A DNA stretch of 64,000 bases from Williopsis jadinii (Eukaryota), in the NCBI GenBank assembly GCA_024346625.1, contig AP024664.1, positions 1,178,001 through 1,242,000 on the forward strand. Reading direction: 5' to 3'. Shown piece after piece: positions 24,319 through 33,971 of this stretch. The first letter of the stretch is position 1, and each line of letters opens with the position of its first letter. The notes beneath the pieces are model-generated. The model was not told the DNA's origin and searched no databases. It worked only from the letters and a program-made list of their open reading frames with translations. The position numbers and the translations under genes are program-made.

Positions 24319-24870
24319 ATGAACCCAATCTTGATCCTCTCTTTGCTTCCAATGGCCCTCGCTGCTGATAGGGATGCGGAACTGAATGCCCTTGTTGCAG
24401 ACTTGGCTGGCCACAGTTCTGAATACCTTCAACAAGTTGCTAGTGGCAACATCCCACCAGCAGACCTTTTGGCTCTGGCTCAACAGGTGAAGACCTTCAC
24501 GGACGACTCTTACACCACTCTTTACCCAGAGGTGGACATGGGTGAGGTTAGTGCCTATGTGACTGGTTTGCCATGGTACTCTTCTCGTTTGGCTAGTATT
24601 TTCGGTGCTGACGCAGCACCAGCTACTTCAACTGAAGAGGCTCCGGTTGAGACCTCCTCAGCAGAGGAGACATCTGTGGAGGAGACATCTGCAGAAGAGA
24701 CATCTGCAGAAGAGACATCAGCAGAAGAGACCACTGTCGTTGAGTCCACAGTTTCTACTGAGGAAACATCCAGTGAGGTGCCTGCAGTTGAGACTGCTAA
24801 CAATGCTGTTGGCATTTCTGCTTTGGGTCCATTGGCTGCAGTTGTCATGTTGGTCCCAGCTTTGTTGTGA
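24319..24870 (+). CDS. Srp1/Tip1 (TIR/DAN/PAU) GPI cell wall mannoprotein
   Basis: Signal peptide, ELNALVADL..EY, TDDSYTTL, LPWYSSRL, EETSA repeats, GPI signal. Confidence 0.9.
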   Translation: MNPILILSLLPMALAADRDAELNALVADLAGHSSEYLQQVASGNIPPADLLALAQQVKTFTDDSYTTLYPEVDMGEVSAYVTGLPWYSSRLASIFGADAAPATSTEEAPVETSSAEETSVEETSAEETSAEETSAEETTVVESTVSTEETSSEVPAVETANNAVGISALGPLAAVVMLVPALL

Positions 24871-25886
24871 ACATCACACACCAATGGCTCACCAAACGAC
24901 TAACCAAATCAAATCATTTTGACCCACCCCTTATATGGATTTGGTTATGTCTTCTCACGCCTAATTTGATACCAAGTTTGTTTATAATTTGTCGAAGTAA
25001 CTCTTTTCAAAGTATTCTTTTCTTGTCTGTGCAAAAACAACTGATTTGTAGTCTAAGACCAGTTCAGGTTGTTTCTTGAAAGTAGTTATAACTACAAAAA
25101 TGGCTATATTATGCCTGCCGAACTCTCTTGCAATCAAAGCTAATTTATTATCGATTTGGATAATGTTGACCAAAACATTTAATAAGCTGTTCAGAATTGT
25201 GGGGGCGCACAATACGTGCCTTTAGCATCCTCCATCTGATTATTAATAACATACAAATGCAAGACACGTGTATAGGCAACCAGACTCTTGCAAATATCAA
25301 CAACATTGCCTACTTTTGTTGTATGTAGTGTTCAAAGAAGAAAAGCCATTGACTATACATGTACTAATGCAAGCCCCGTTTTCCAGTTCAAGGGTGTATG
25401 AGGAGGGAACTTTACAATGCACCATTGAAGAGCCTGAGACTCAGATACGAACACATTGTGCTTGATATCTCATAGAAGGCTGTGTTGTAGAGGCAAGCCG
25501 AGAAAATACAGTTAATGCCCTACAGTTGTACAACCTTTCAAGGAGGAAAAAGTGACAGTTCCTCTGTAAATGATCACTAAGATTAAGAAGCAGTAAGATG
25601 CAGGGTCGAATTTGTTTGCTGTCTATGAAACAAATCAAACGAGGCTATGACACCGAGAAACAGAGGACATTACATATTTTGAGATGTTAATTATTAGGAA
25701 GACAGATAATGTAAGCCATTAAACCAGAGCTTCGAACCTAGGTATACTACTGAAGATATTTCGGCCTTGATCCACTAGAGTAAAGTTCTCTTGGTATAAC
25801 ACCACAGATTAGGGGCAATGTGATATGGCACGAATAACGTGCTGAGTACAATGTCGATTCATGCATCAAGTCCCTACTCCAGTACG

Positions 25887-25919
25887 TCCTTGGTACATCC
25901 TTGGCACGTCCTTGGTACA
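25887..25919. repeat. 11-bp tandem repeat x3 (TCCTTGGYACR)
   Basis: tccttggtaca tccttggcacg tccttggtaca. Confidence 0.8.
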
Positions 25920-27461
25920 CCCACATTACCGAAATCTTCAGCCATGACGATATTACGGATTGTTTCCTTACATGTGACAGTGCTCTAATTACTGGTGGTG
26001 ATGAGAAATGTATGACCATGAGTTACCTTTGAAACAGAGGTTACCTACTCTTGCCACCGTCTATACACTGATGAGTCAGGCTACCCAACAACTTCCAATC
26101 TATAAGAACAAGACAGTCAACAGACAAGGTACATATGTGCCAACACGTTTGCTATGTATCTAAGGTCTTTCTTCGTCTTTTAACCCCAAGAATAAAGTTC
26201 AACCTCATATATAGCATGTACAAGGGACATGTGCCCATCATCCAGGGGAACCCTTGGTGTAAAAATGAGCCTCCAATCAGATACCCAGAAGTTAACTGAT
26301 TGACCGTGAATCTGTTCAAGCAGGTAATCAGCACTTGATTCAATCGAAATCCATTCACTTGCGCAGCCCGAACATGCTCTTTACAATTCCAATTGTTTGA
26401 CTAGGCAGTGCACACAGTTCGCAAGCATTGAACAGCTCGCCCTGTCAAACAATACCAAAGGGTTCTAACCATTCTCCTAATTTCGCTTGTCTCAACAAGA
26501 GTTGTGTGGACCATACGGCAGTGAATGTTAAACTATTTTCCTGCTCGTTTACTGGATGAAAGAGACACGCTTTGCACAATCCACTTTAAACAATTGAGGG
26601 GGGCCATTTGACAAACATCCTCCTCGTGTCTTAAACTTCTACATGAAGTACACATACTACATGTGCAACTCGATGTGTTCATCATCTCCCGGGAAACACC
26701 GTCAATGAAGGAAGAGAGGAGAACCCTAATCCATGCTCTATTTGTCTTTGTCTTTGTCTTTGTCTTGTCGAGCTTGCTCGTTAAAATTGTCTTGAATTCC
26801 ACCAGCGTTCGAGCCGCAAGCTAGAAGGACAACCCGAAGAAGGGACAGAAACGCTGAAAAAATTACATGCATAAACGTACATCAGCATGTCCCGAATTTT
26901 AATTATCGCCGCATACGAACTCAACCAAACGCCAACCAGCGTTCTCCTCGACTTCTCCAAAGTACTAAACTGTAGGTAAATTTGGCAATGGGCAAACGCT
27001 TGTGGTTTTCAATCCATAGCAATCTTGGAACTATAGCTTGTCAAATTCATGCACAATTGACAATTGTTTTGACCTAAGGCTGTAGAAAGGCACGGTTCAG
27101 TGGCTGCTGAAAACACTGGACAGGCTTCTGCTATAGGAGAGAGACATTACAAAAAAGGAAAGAAAAAACTGGAGAATTGACGCTGTGTCTCGCCCACGGA
27201 CAAATTTCTTTTGTCCTTCATGCACTCGCGTTCCGGTCATCAACTCACCATGTGCGAGAGGGAAGGCCATGGGAAATAATCAACCCACACTCTTTTAAAC
27301 GGGGGGGAGAGAGTGAAATGGGCGGGGGTCGACTTGACTATAAAAGGCTAATGGACTGTCCCAATTCGATTGCTTTTGTATTTTGGAGGTTTGTTCCGCT
27401 TCCTTCTTGACCTATACCGATCAGAACAGATTGTATTGTAAACCTTACACAGAACAGAACA

Positions 27462-28148
27462 ATGATTGCACAACTCATCCTTGCCTTGCTTCCAGTCGCT
27501 CTCGCTCAAGACGACACTGCTGAGCAATTGAACGCTATTGTCTCTGACTTGGCCCAGCACAGTTCTGAATACCTCCAACAAGTTGCCAGTGGTAACATCC
27601 CACCAGCTGAGTTGTTGTCCTTGGCTCAACAAGTTCAGACCTACACCGATGACTCTTACACAACTTTGTACTCCGAGGTTAACATGGGCGAGGTTACCTC
27701 ATACGTGACTGGTTTGCCATGGTACTCATCTCGTTTGGAGACTTACTTTGGTGCTGACGCTGCAGTTTCCACTGACGATGAGTCTGCTTCTGCTTCTGAG
27801 TCTGCCTCCGCTTCTGCTTCTGCCTCTGAGTCTGCCTCTGCTTCTGCTTCTGCTTCCGAGTCTGAGTCTGCTTCTGCTTCTGGTTCCGCTTCTCGTTCCG
27901 AGTCTGAGTCTGAGTCTGCTTCTGCTTCCGCTTCTGGCTCTGAGTCTGCTTCCGAATCTGCAGCCTCTGAATCTGAGTCCGCTTCTGGCTCTGAGTCTGA
28001 GTCCGCTTCTGGTTCTGCCTCTGGTACCAGCGCCAGTGCCTCCGAGTCCGCCTCTGCCACCTCCACCTCCACTGCTAACGAGGGTATGATGATCAATGCA
28101 TTGGGCCCATTCGCCTTGGCTGCCATGTTGGTCCCAGCCTTGTTGTAA
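27462..28148 (+). CDS. Srp1/Tip1 (TIR-like) GPI cell wall mannoprotein
   Basis: Close paralog of 24319-24870 (TYTDDSYTTLY, LPWYSSRL) with a SASASE low-complexity stalk (about 27781-28070) and GPI signal. Confidence 0.9.
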   Translation: MIAQLILALLPVALAQDDTAEQLNAIVSDLAQHSSEYLQQVASGNIPPAELLSLAQQVQTYTDDSYTTLYSEVNMGEVTSYVTGLPWYSSRLETYFGADAAVSTDDESASASESASASASASESASASASASESESASASGSASRSESESESASASASGSESASESAASESESASGSESESASGSASGTSASASESASATSTSTANEGMMINALGPFALAAMLVPALL

Positions 28149-28909
28149 ACCGTTCCATCGGCCCTGTTAGCTGTGTGCTGATACCAAACAACAAAATGTT
28201 AGCTCAACGCGGTATAATACCGCGGGCTTCTAGAATGGTGCTGACAATACTCAATCACTTCTAGGGCCTTTTATTTTTTGTGCCAATTTTAATATTTTGA
28301 TAGGAAACCATAAAGCTATGTCCAATTAATGTCACGATAACTCGTTTATCCCTTTGTAGAGTATCGAGCAAGTTGGTTGACTCTCAATTCATTGAACACT
28401 GGCCTCTCAAATTTTGTTGGGCTCGCATCATGCAAAACTAACGCCAGCAGTACGCCTCGAGAATTTTGTTAATCTCAGGTACATCGGCGTTACCCAACAG
28501 TGAAACACTCCCGACCATGGCCTCAACAGTCCCCATTGAGCATATCAATTGTAATACAAGAAAGGTGTAACGAGACGAATAATACCGATAGGATAAAGGC
28601 TTACATAGACACAGATACTAAGAAGTGTGCATTAACCTAGCTAAGCCAAGCAAAATGACACAATTCTCGGGCTTTTTTGTTTTGCCTCGTTTGGTCTAAA
28701 GTTCTGCAAGGACCGGCAAATGGGCTTGAAAGTATTTGAATGAGATACAGGAAAGTACATGGAAGAGGGCTGTTGATGCTGTTACCCTTTTCCCAGCTAA
28801 AGAGAAGATATCACATTTCAATTAAGCTGTCGATCACTGTAGCGTTGTGGTAGATTTAACCAACTGTAGTATTTGTTGGCTGTGTTCTGACGGTGTTGCA
28901 TGTGACATT

Positions 28910-28976
28910 CCCAAATTGGCACGGTATCTATCGAAGAAAAGCGTCCATAGAAACCCCAATTAGGAAATCTTTAATG
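28910..28976. promoter_or_regulatory. Two Mcm1-type boxes upstream of AFB1
   Basis: CCCAAATTGG 28910-28919; CCCAATTAGG(AAA) 28955-28964 followed by TCTTTAATG. Confidence 0.45.
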
Positions 28977-29126
28977 CGAGCTATACCAATTCATTCAGAT
29001 ATATTGGTTGCCAGTTCAATTGCTTTGTAGCCTCAAAACCAGTGTTATAAGTACACTTGTCAGTGCTGCATTTCATAAAGTCCCAGTCTGCTATGAATTC
29101 ACCCAAAGCACGGTGTTTGGTCTATA

Positions 29127-29720
29127 ATGCGGCCTCTCGTTGTTCTTTGGCTTGTTTTGGTTGAGCTCTGCAACGCTCAAACGACAACTTCTTGGTCGCC
29201 TGAAGAACTCAGCTCTGCAACATCGAGAGCCTTAGCATCCGATGCTTCATTCATCTATGACGTTATGTTGGATATAAATCATCGCTATACCACATACCTT
29301 CAGTATATGGATTCCAACAAAATGCAATTCCCGGATGACATTGTCCAATACATGGTTGGACTTCAAACTATTAGTAAAGAGTCGTCACTCTTCGAGGCCG
29401 TAAATACAATGAGCTTCCCATTCGACGATTTTAAAACCATGATAACTGCTTTCCCTTGGTATTCATCTTTGATGTCTGCAGCTGATCTGTCTACGTTTTT
29501 GGTTCCGAGTGATTTCTTAGTCATAGATGCTAAAGTTACAACATCAAACACAATAGCTGAGGAGACTGGAAGCAGCATTGAACCAAGCGGCGAGTCTAGT
29601 TCGAAATCTTCTTCTGATACCACAAGTACCTCCAATTCATCCAGTTCTGCGATAAACGGTGCCAACGGTGCTCTCCTCATTCCTGTATCACTAGTCTCTA
29701 TCTTTCTGGCACTTATTTAA
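29127..29720 (+). CDS. AFB1: a-factor barrier protein Afb1-like (divergent Srp1/Tip1, GPI)
   Basis: YTTYLQYM..N.MQFP and SFPFDDFKTMITAFPWYSSLM..FLVPSDF resemble Afb1 (YLR040C); close to RIC1 as in S. cerevisiae. Confidence 0.72.
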   Translation: MRPLVVLWLVLVELCNAQTTTSWSPEELSSATSRALASDASFIYDVMLDINHRYTTYLQYMDSNKMQFPDDIVQYMVGLQTISKESSLFEAVNTMSFPFDDFKTMITAFPWYSSLMSAADLSTFLVPSDFLVIDAKVTTSNTIAEETGSSIEPSGESSSKSSSDTTSTSNSSSSAINGANGALLIPVSLVSIFLALI

Positions 29721-29827
29721 CAACAGAAGGTATTCAACCTGTGTTCTATCCTTTTTCTTTGTATTCGTAGTCATATTCTAGACATAGCTATGCGAACTTC
29801 GACGATATATTTTGGACATTCATCTGT

Positions 29828-30637
29828 TCATGTTGTCTCTTGTAATCTTTTCAATATTAGCTCAACCCTTTCCACGGACTTCATAAAGTTTTCGTCCTTT
29901 ATCTTTTCAACAATGCATTTCTGTAGTTCCTCATCAGTCATTTCGTTGCAATTACTTTGGCTTGTACTTTTACTGAACTTTTTTCCCGGTGAGTCGTAAT
30001 TCAATATTTGTGATAAAGCTTGGTACATCCCCTCGTCTTTTAGTGGGTCACAGGGAAATGAAATCGGTGAAAGAGAAACTGGAGGCAACAAGTTTGCAAA
30101 GTCTAAAGATTCCAGCTCATTACCTCTCGGTTCTAGATTTGCAGCGTACGTGCCTTGAAAGTTATTCAAATCATGTAACTGACTTTTCTGACTAAACAGG
30201 AAGGCACCGTCACTGGGAAAGACAGACTGAGACACCTGGGTATCTACGAGTGATATTGGCAACGTTTTCAAGTAATTGCAACAGCTCTGGAACTCACTCG
30301 CAGAGATGAACTTGATCTGGAATTTGACATGTTCCGACAATCCATTTCCCAATGACATGTAGCTAAAGCCCATAGATGTATCCCTATGAAACACTGAGAG
30401 ACCGTCAACCTCAGCAAGGGAAAACTCCACCTTATCATCCTGTTAGTCAACCGCTCGTCATCAACATACAAAATAAGAGGTATAGGACCAGACCAATACG
30501 GTTGCTCTCCAGATCACCTTGAAAACATCTCCTCCCAACACAACTAGAGAGATGTCGTTTCTCGAAGGGAAGTGGTCCCACACACCGGCCGTAAGAGAAG
30601 AATACTTGCGTAACTTGAACACCTTTGAATCGCTCAT
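29828..30637 (-). CDS. REC114: Meiotic DSB protein Rec114; two exons, donor and acceptor ambiguous
   Basis: Exon 1 has LRKYS, WDHF, FKVIW; exon 2 has KFQIKF and C-terminal TDEELQKCIVEKIKDENFMKSVERVE. Branch GACTAAC at 30448-30442. Gene order with ERG29/GID8 agrees. Confidence 0.72.
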
Positions 30638-30768
30638 TCTCTGCCCGCCGTGGCTTCTGGTGTGTGTTGATGTTCTGCGCAAATGCGTCAACCAAAACGT
30701 AAACAAACGTAAACAAACACCGCTTTGGTCGTGCCCGCACCGGCACGGGCCCTCTCATCAAAACAGGA

Positions 30769-30777
30769 AAACTGTGG
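30769..30777 (+). promoter_or_regulatory. Met31/Met32 site upstream of MUP3
   Basis: Exact AAACTGTGG about 400 bp upstream of a methionine permease. Confidence 0.55.
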
Positions 30778-31172
30778 CGTCCGATAAGGCTTTGTCACGC
30801 GAGAGCGCGAATGGGTCAGCAGAGTTGTCAAGCCCACCACAATTTAACGTGATTCTCTGTGTGGATGTGCCTTTGAAGCTGGATAGAAGCACACGGTTTG
30901 TGCTGAAGGTATTAAAGGAAGCACTATTCTTTCCATCAAACCCCTGATTCATAGTATCTATCGCCTTTTCACAGCTGAGCATACCTTGTGCACAGTACAC
31001 TATATCGCATCACCCTTGCTTTGTCATCACGGGAAACAGCTTCTGCCCTTATCTGATCCGGGGTTTAAGCGTACGGTTAAGACAAGATTTCAAATCCCTC
31101 GTGGGCTCATCACAGTAGCGGCTAGCTATTCTTTGGTATCACGGCATAGAGACGTTAAGCACGCTGGTTATT

Positions 31173-32798
31173 ATGCTCAAAGGTGATAGCATCGAGGTTA
31201 CAGTTGCCTCAAGATCAAACTCCGACGCCTCGGTCGACGAGCTCACTCCGATGTCGTCTACAGTGAAGGAGTACACTGGGTTCCAGGTGGACCTTGAAGA
31301 CCTGCCACAGGGGCGCCACCTGGGCCTGTTCTCCACTATTGTGCTGTTCATCTCGAGAATATTCGGCTCTGGAATATGGACGACTCCGTCAGGTATACTC
31401 CTGGCGTGTGGTGGTAACGCTGCGGTATTCTTCTCCATGTGGTTGATTGCCGCTGTGGTGTCGTTCAGCGGGCTATTCGTCTACCTGGAGCTGGGATCAC
31501 TGATCCCGAGATCTGGTGGAACGAAGGTGTTCCTGGAGTACATCTACAGAAGACCAAAGGTTCTAGTGAGTACAGTGTTTTCGCTGTACTCGTTGGCGTT
31601 TGGATTGACACTGACGAATGCCATAATATTTGGCAAATATACCCTTTTCTGCCTGGGGTTCTCATCAGAATACATCGAATCTACAAGAATGTCCAACTGG
31701 ATTGGTATCTCCCTTGTGGTGCTGACAACGCTTGTGCATGGTGTCTCCACAAAGCACGGTGTCGCTATTCAGAACTTTCTAGGTGCGCTAAAGCTTCTCC
31801 TTGTGGGTATAATGGCGATCACGTCTATATACGTGATCTTTTTCCCAAAGAAGATCACCGGGCTGGAGAACAATTTGCCATTTGACAGTTCCTTTTGGCA
31901 ATTCACGAATTCCAAAGTGGTGTCGCTGTCCACCATCTCATCTGCTTTGTTACAATGTTTCTTTTCATTTGGTGGATGGAGCTCTGTCCATACGGTAGCG
32001 TCTGAGATAAAGGATCCGGTGAGAACTTTGAAGATTGCAGGGCCTGTGTCTTTGTTCATTGCATTCTTGAGCTATATTCTGATGAATGTAGCGTACCTCA
32101 TTGTCATTCCACGTGAACAGATGATGCAATCTGGGCCTCTGATCGGATCTTTATTCTTTGAAAAGGTTCTTGGTTATCACTTGGGACGTCAGTTCGTTAC
32201 AGTGTCTATTGCGCTAAGTGCGGCGTCGAACGTCTTTGTTGTTGTTTATGGCACTTCTAGAATGAATCAAGAGATCTTCAGAGAAGGTTATGTTCCATTC
32301 GCACAGGTTATGGCATCAAATTACAAGCATACATCCACGCCATTGTACTCGTTGTTGTTATGCTGCATACTAACATGCTTTTGGTTGGTGGTATTACCAC
32401 CTCAGGGAAACTCATTCAACTACATTGTTAGTTTAGAAGGCTACCCGACACAAGTCTTCATCGGATTGATTGGTATCGGCCTGTTCATTGTGAGACGCCG
32501 TTATCCTGATGAAAAGGCGCCTATTAGAGCATCCTTATTAGGAACGTTGCTTCTGGTGATAATATCTGCATATGTTTTGATGGCACCATTCACTGGTCCA
32601 CGTTATGAGTCGACCTACATCGCATTTCTACCCCCTTACCACATTTTTGCACTGATTCTCTTGGGACTTTTCGTGCTGTATTGGGCTCTCAAGTTTAGAA
32701 TCCTGCCATGGGCCAGAGGTTACACCTTAGAGCCAGAGTTGATTGTCTTAGATGACGGACTTACTGTCAAGAGATGGACTAAAGTGTGGTATCAATAG
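31173..32798 (+). CDS. MUP3: Methionine permease (LAT family), low-affinity type
   Basis: PQGRHLGLFSTIVLFISRIFGSGI, ELGSLIPRSGG, about 12 TM segments. Confidence 0.8.
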   Translation: MLKGDSIEVTVASRSNSDASVDELTPMSSTVKEYTGFQVDLEDLPQGRHLGLFSTIVLFISRIFGSGIWTTPSGILLACGGNAAVFFSMWLIAAVVSFSGLFVYLELGSLIPRSGGTKVFLEYIYRRPKVLVSTVFSLYSLAFGLTLTNAIIFGKYTLFCLGFSSEYIESTRMSNWIGISLVVLTTLVHGVSTKHGVAIQNFLGALKLLLVGIMAITSIYVIFFPKKITGLENNLPFDSSFWQFTNSKVVSLSTISSALLQCFFSFGGWSSVHTVASEIKDPVRTLKIAGPVSLFIAFLSYILMNVAYLIVIPREQMMQSGPLIGSLFFEKVLGYHLGRQFVTVSIALSAASNVFVVVYGTSRMNQEIFREGYVPFAQVMASNYKHTSTPLYSLLLCCILTCFWLVVLPPQGNSFNYIVSLEGYPTQVFIGLIGIGLFIVRRRYPDEKAPIRASLLGTLLLVIISAYVLMAPFTGPRYESTYIAFLPPYHIFALILLGLFVLYWALKFRILPWARGYTLEPELIVLDDGLTVKRWTKVWYQ

Positions 32799-33223
32799 AT
32801 TTAGATTTTATAGGGTGTTTAATGAGGTTTTACAAATAGGATTAAGGGGGTTATATTATTAATAAATGGATAAATTTATATATATATATATATACTGCTG
32901 AGTGTTCAAATCAGCAGATTCGCTTGTAGTCGGAGCCTGGTAGCGCTTGATTTCCTGATTTGGTAGTGATGAGCCACATTGCGGTAATTGTCAATACGCG
33001 CCATGGTGCATGGCGACAGCACGATTCAGATTCAATTTCCAATACTACAACTCTTCGAGAGCCAATTGCGATACAGCTCGAGCCACAATTAGACTATCAT
33101 AGTAATCTACACCTGCTTCTTTCGCAATGTTGGTGTATAGAATGCCTATAAAAAGGGCACGAAGTTTCCTGTTCTCGAAGAAGTTATATTTCAATTGCAT
33201 CCACACAAGGATTATTCAATACA

Positions 33224-33940
33224 ATGACAAACACCGCTGAACAAGAAACAAAGAGACGTAGAACCCCAGTTGTCTATGACGATGGAGATAAGAAGACTGG
33301 TCCATTGGAGGCACCATTCATCAAGTTGTTTGCCTCACCAACTGCAAATGCTCAAAAGGTTACCATCTTGCTCGAGTTGCTCAAAGTGAAGTATTACTTC
33401 AGAGCTACTGAGTTCTTGAAGGAGACAAAGGAGCCTTGGTACTTGAAGTTGAACCCGGCTGGTAAAGTTCCTGTCATAGTAGACGTCAATGAAAAAGGTG
33501 AAGCCTTCACTCTTGCAGAGTCTGGTGCCATTCTCTTGTACTTGGTTGAAAAGTACGATACAGGCAACAAGTTCTCATACCCTCAAGGAACTGCAAACCA
33601 CTACAAGGAGATTGAATTCCTCTTTTTCCATGCATCAGGGTTGAACCCAGCTCAGGCTAGTTTGAACCTTACAAAGCTCTTTGACTCAGAGAACGAGAAG
33701 GATATCAAAAAATTCACTGAACTCGTCTTGAAGAACTACAAGTTGGTTGAAGATCAACTTGTGGCCAATGGAACGGGCTTCCTCGTTGGTGATCATATCT
33801 CCCTTGCTGATATCATTGCCTTCCCACATGCCAAGGTTGCTGACAAGTTCTTCGATGTTTCTCAATTCCCTCACATTTCCCAATGGAGAGAGAAGTTGGA
33901 GTCATTTGAGGAAGTACAAGCAGCTTATGCAAAGAAGTAA
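33224..33940 (+). CDS. Glutathione S-transferase (Ure2/Nu-like class)
   Basis: KEPWYLKLNPAGKVP, ESGAILLYL, FLVGDHISLADI. Confidence 0.85.
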   Translation: MTNTAEQETKRRRTPVVYDDGDKKTGPLEAPFIKLFASPTANAQKVTILLELLKVKYYFRATEFLKETKEPWYLKLNPAGKVPVIVDVNEKGEAFTLAESGAILLYLVEKYDTGNKFSYPQGTANHYKEIEFLFFHASGLNPAQASLNLTKLFDSENEKDIKKFTELVLKNYKLVEDQLVANGTGFLVGDHISLADIIAFPHAKVADKFFDVSQFPHISQWREKLESFEEVQAAYAKK

Positions 33941-33971
33941 TAGAATTTGTGGTCATACTTCTGTTTATCAA

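Noticed and set aside
25999..26071. GTGATGA...CTGA as a box C/D snoRNA (GCCACCGTC resembles an antisense to 25S rRNA)
   Set aside because: The match is short, not adjacent to box D, and the terminal stem is weak. snoscan would settle it.
32876..32894. (TA)n run and other short microsatellites (CA near 18265 and 19960, TTTGTC near 26741, GGCTCT near 2230)
   Set aside because: Ordinary intergenic simple repeats.
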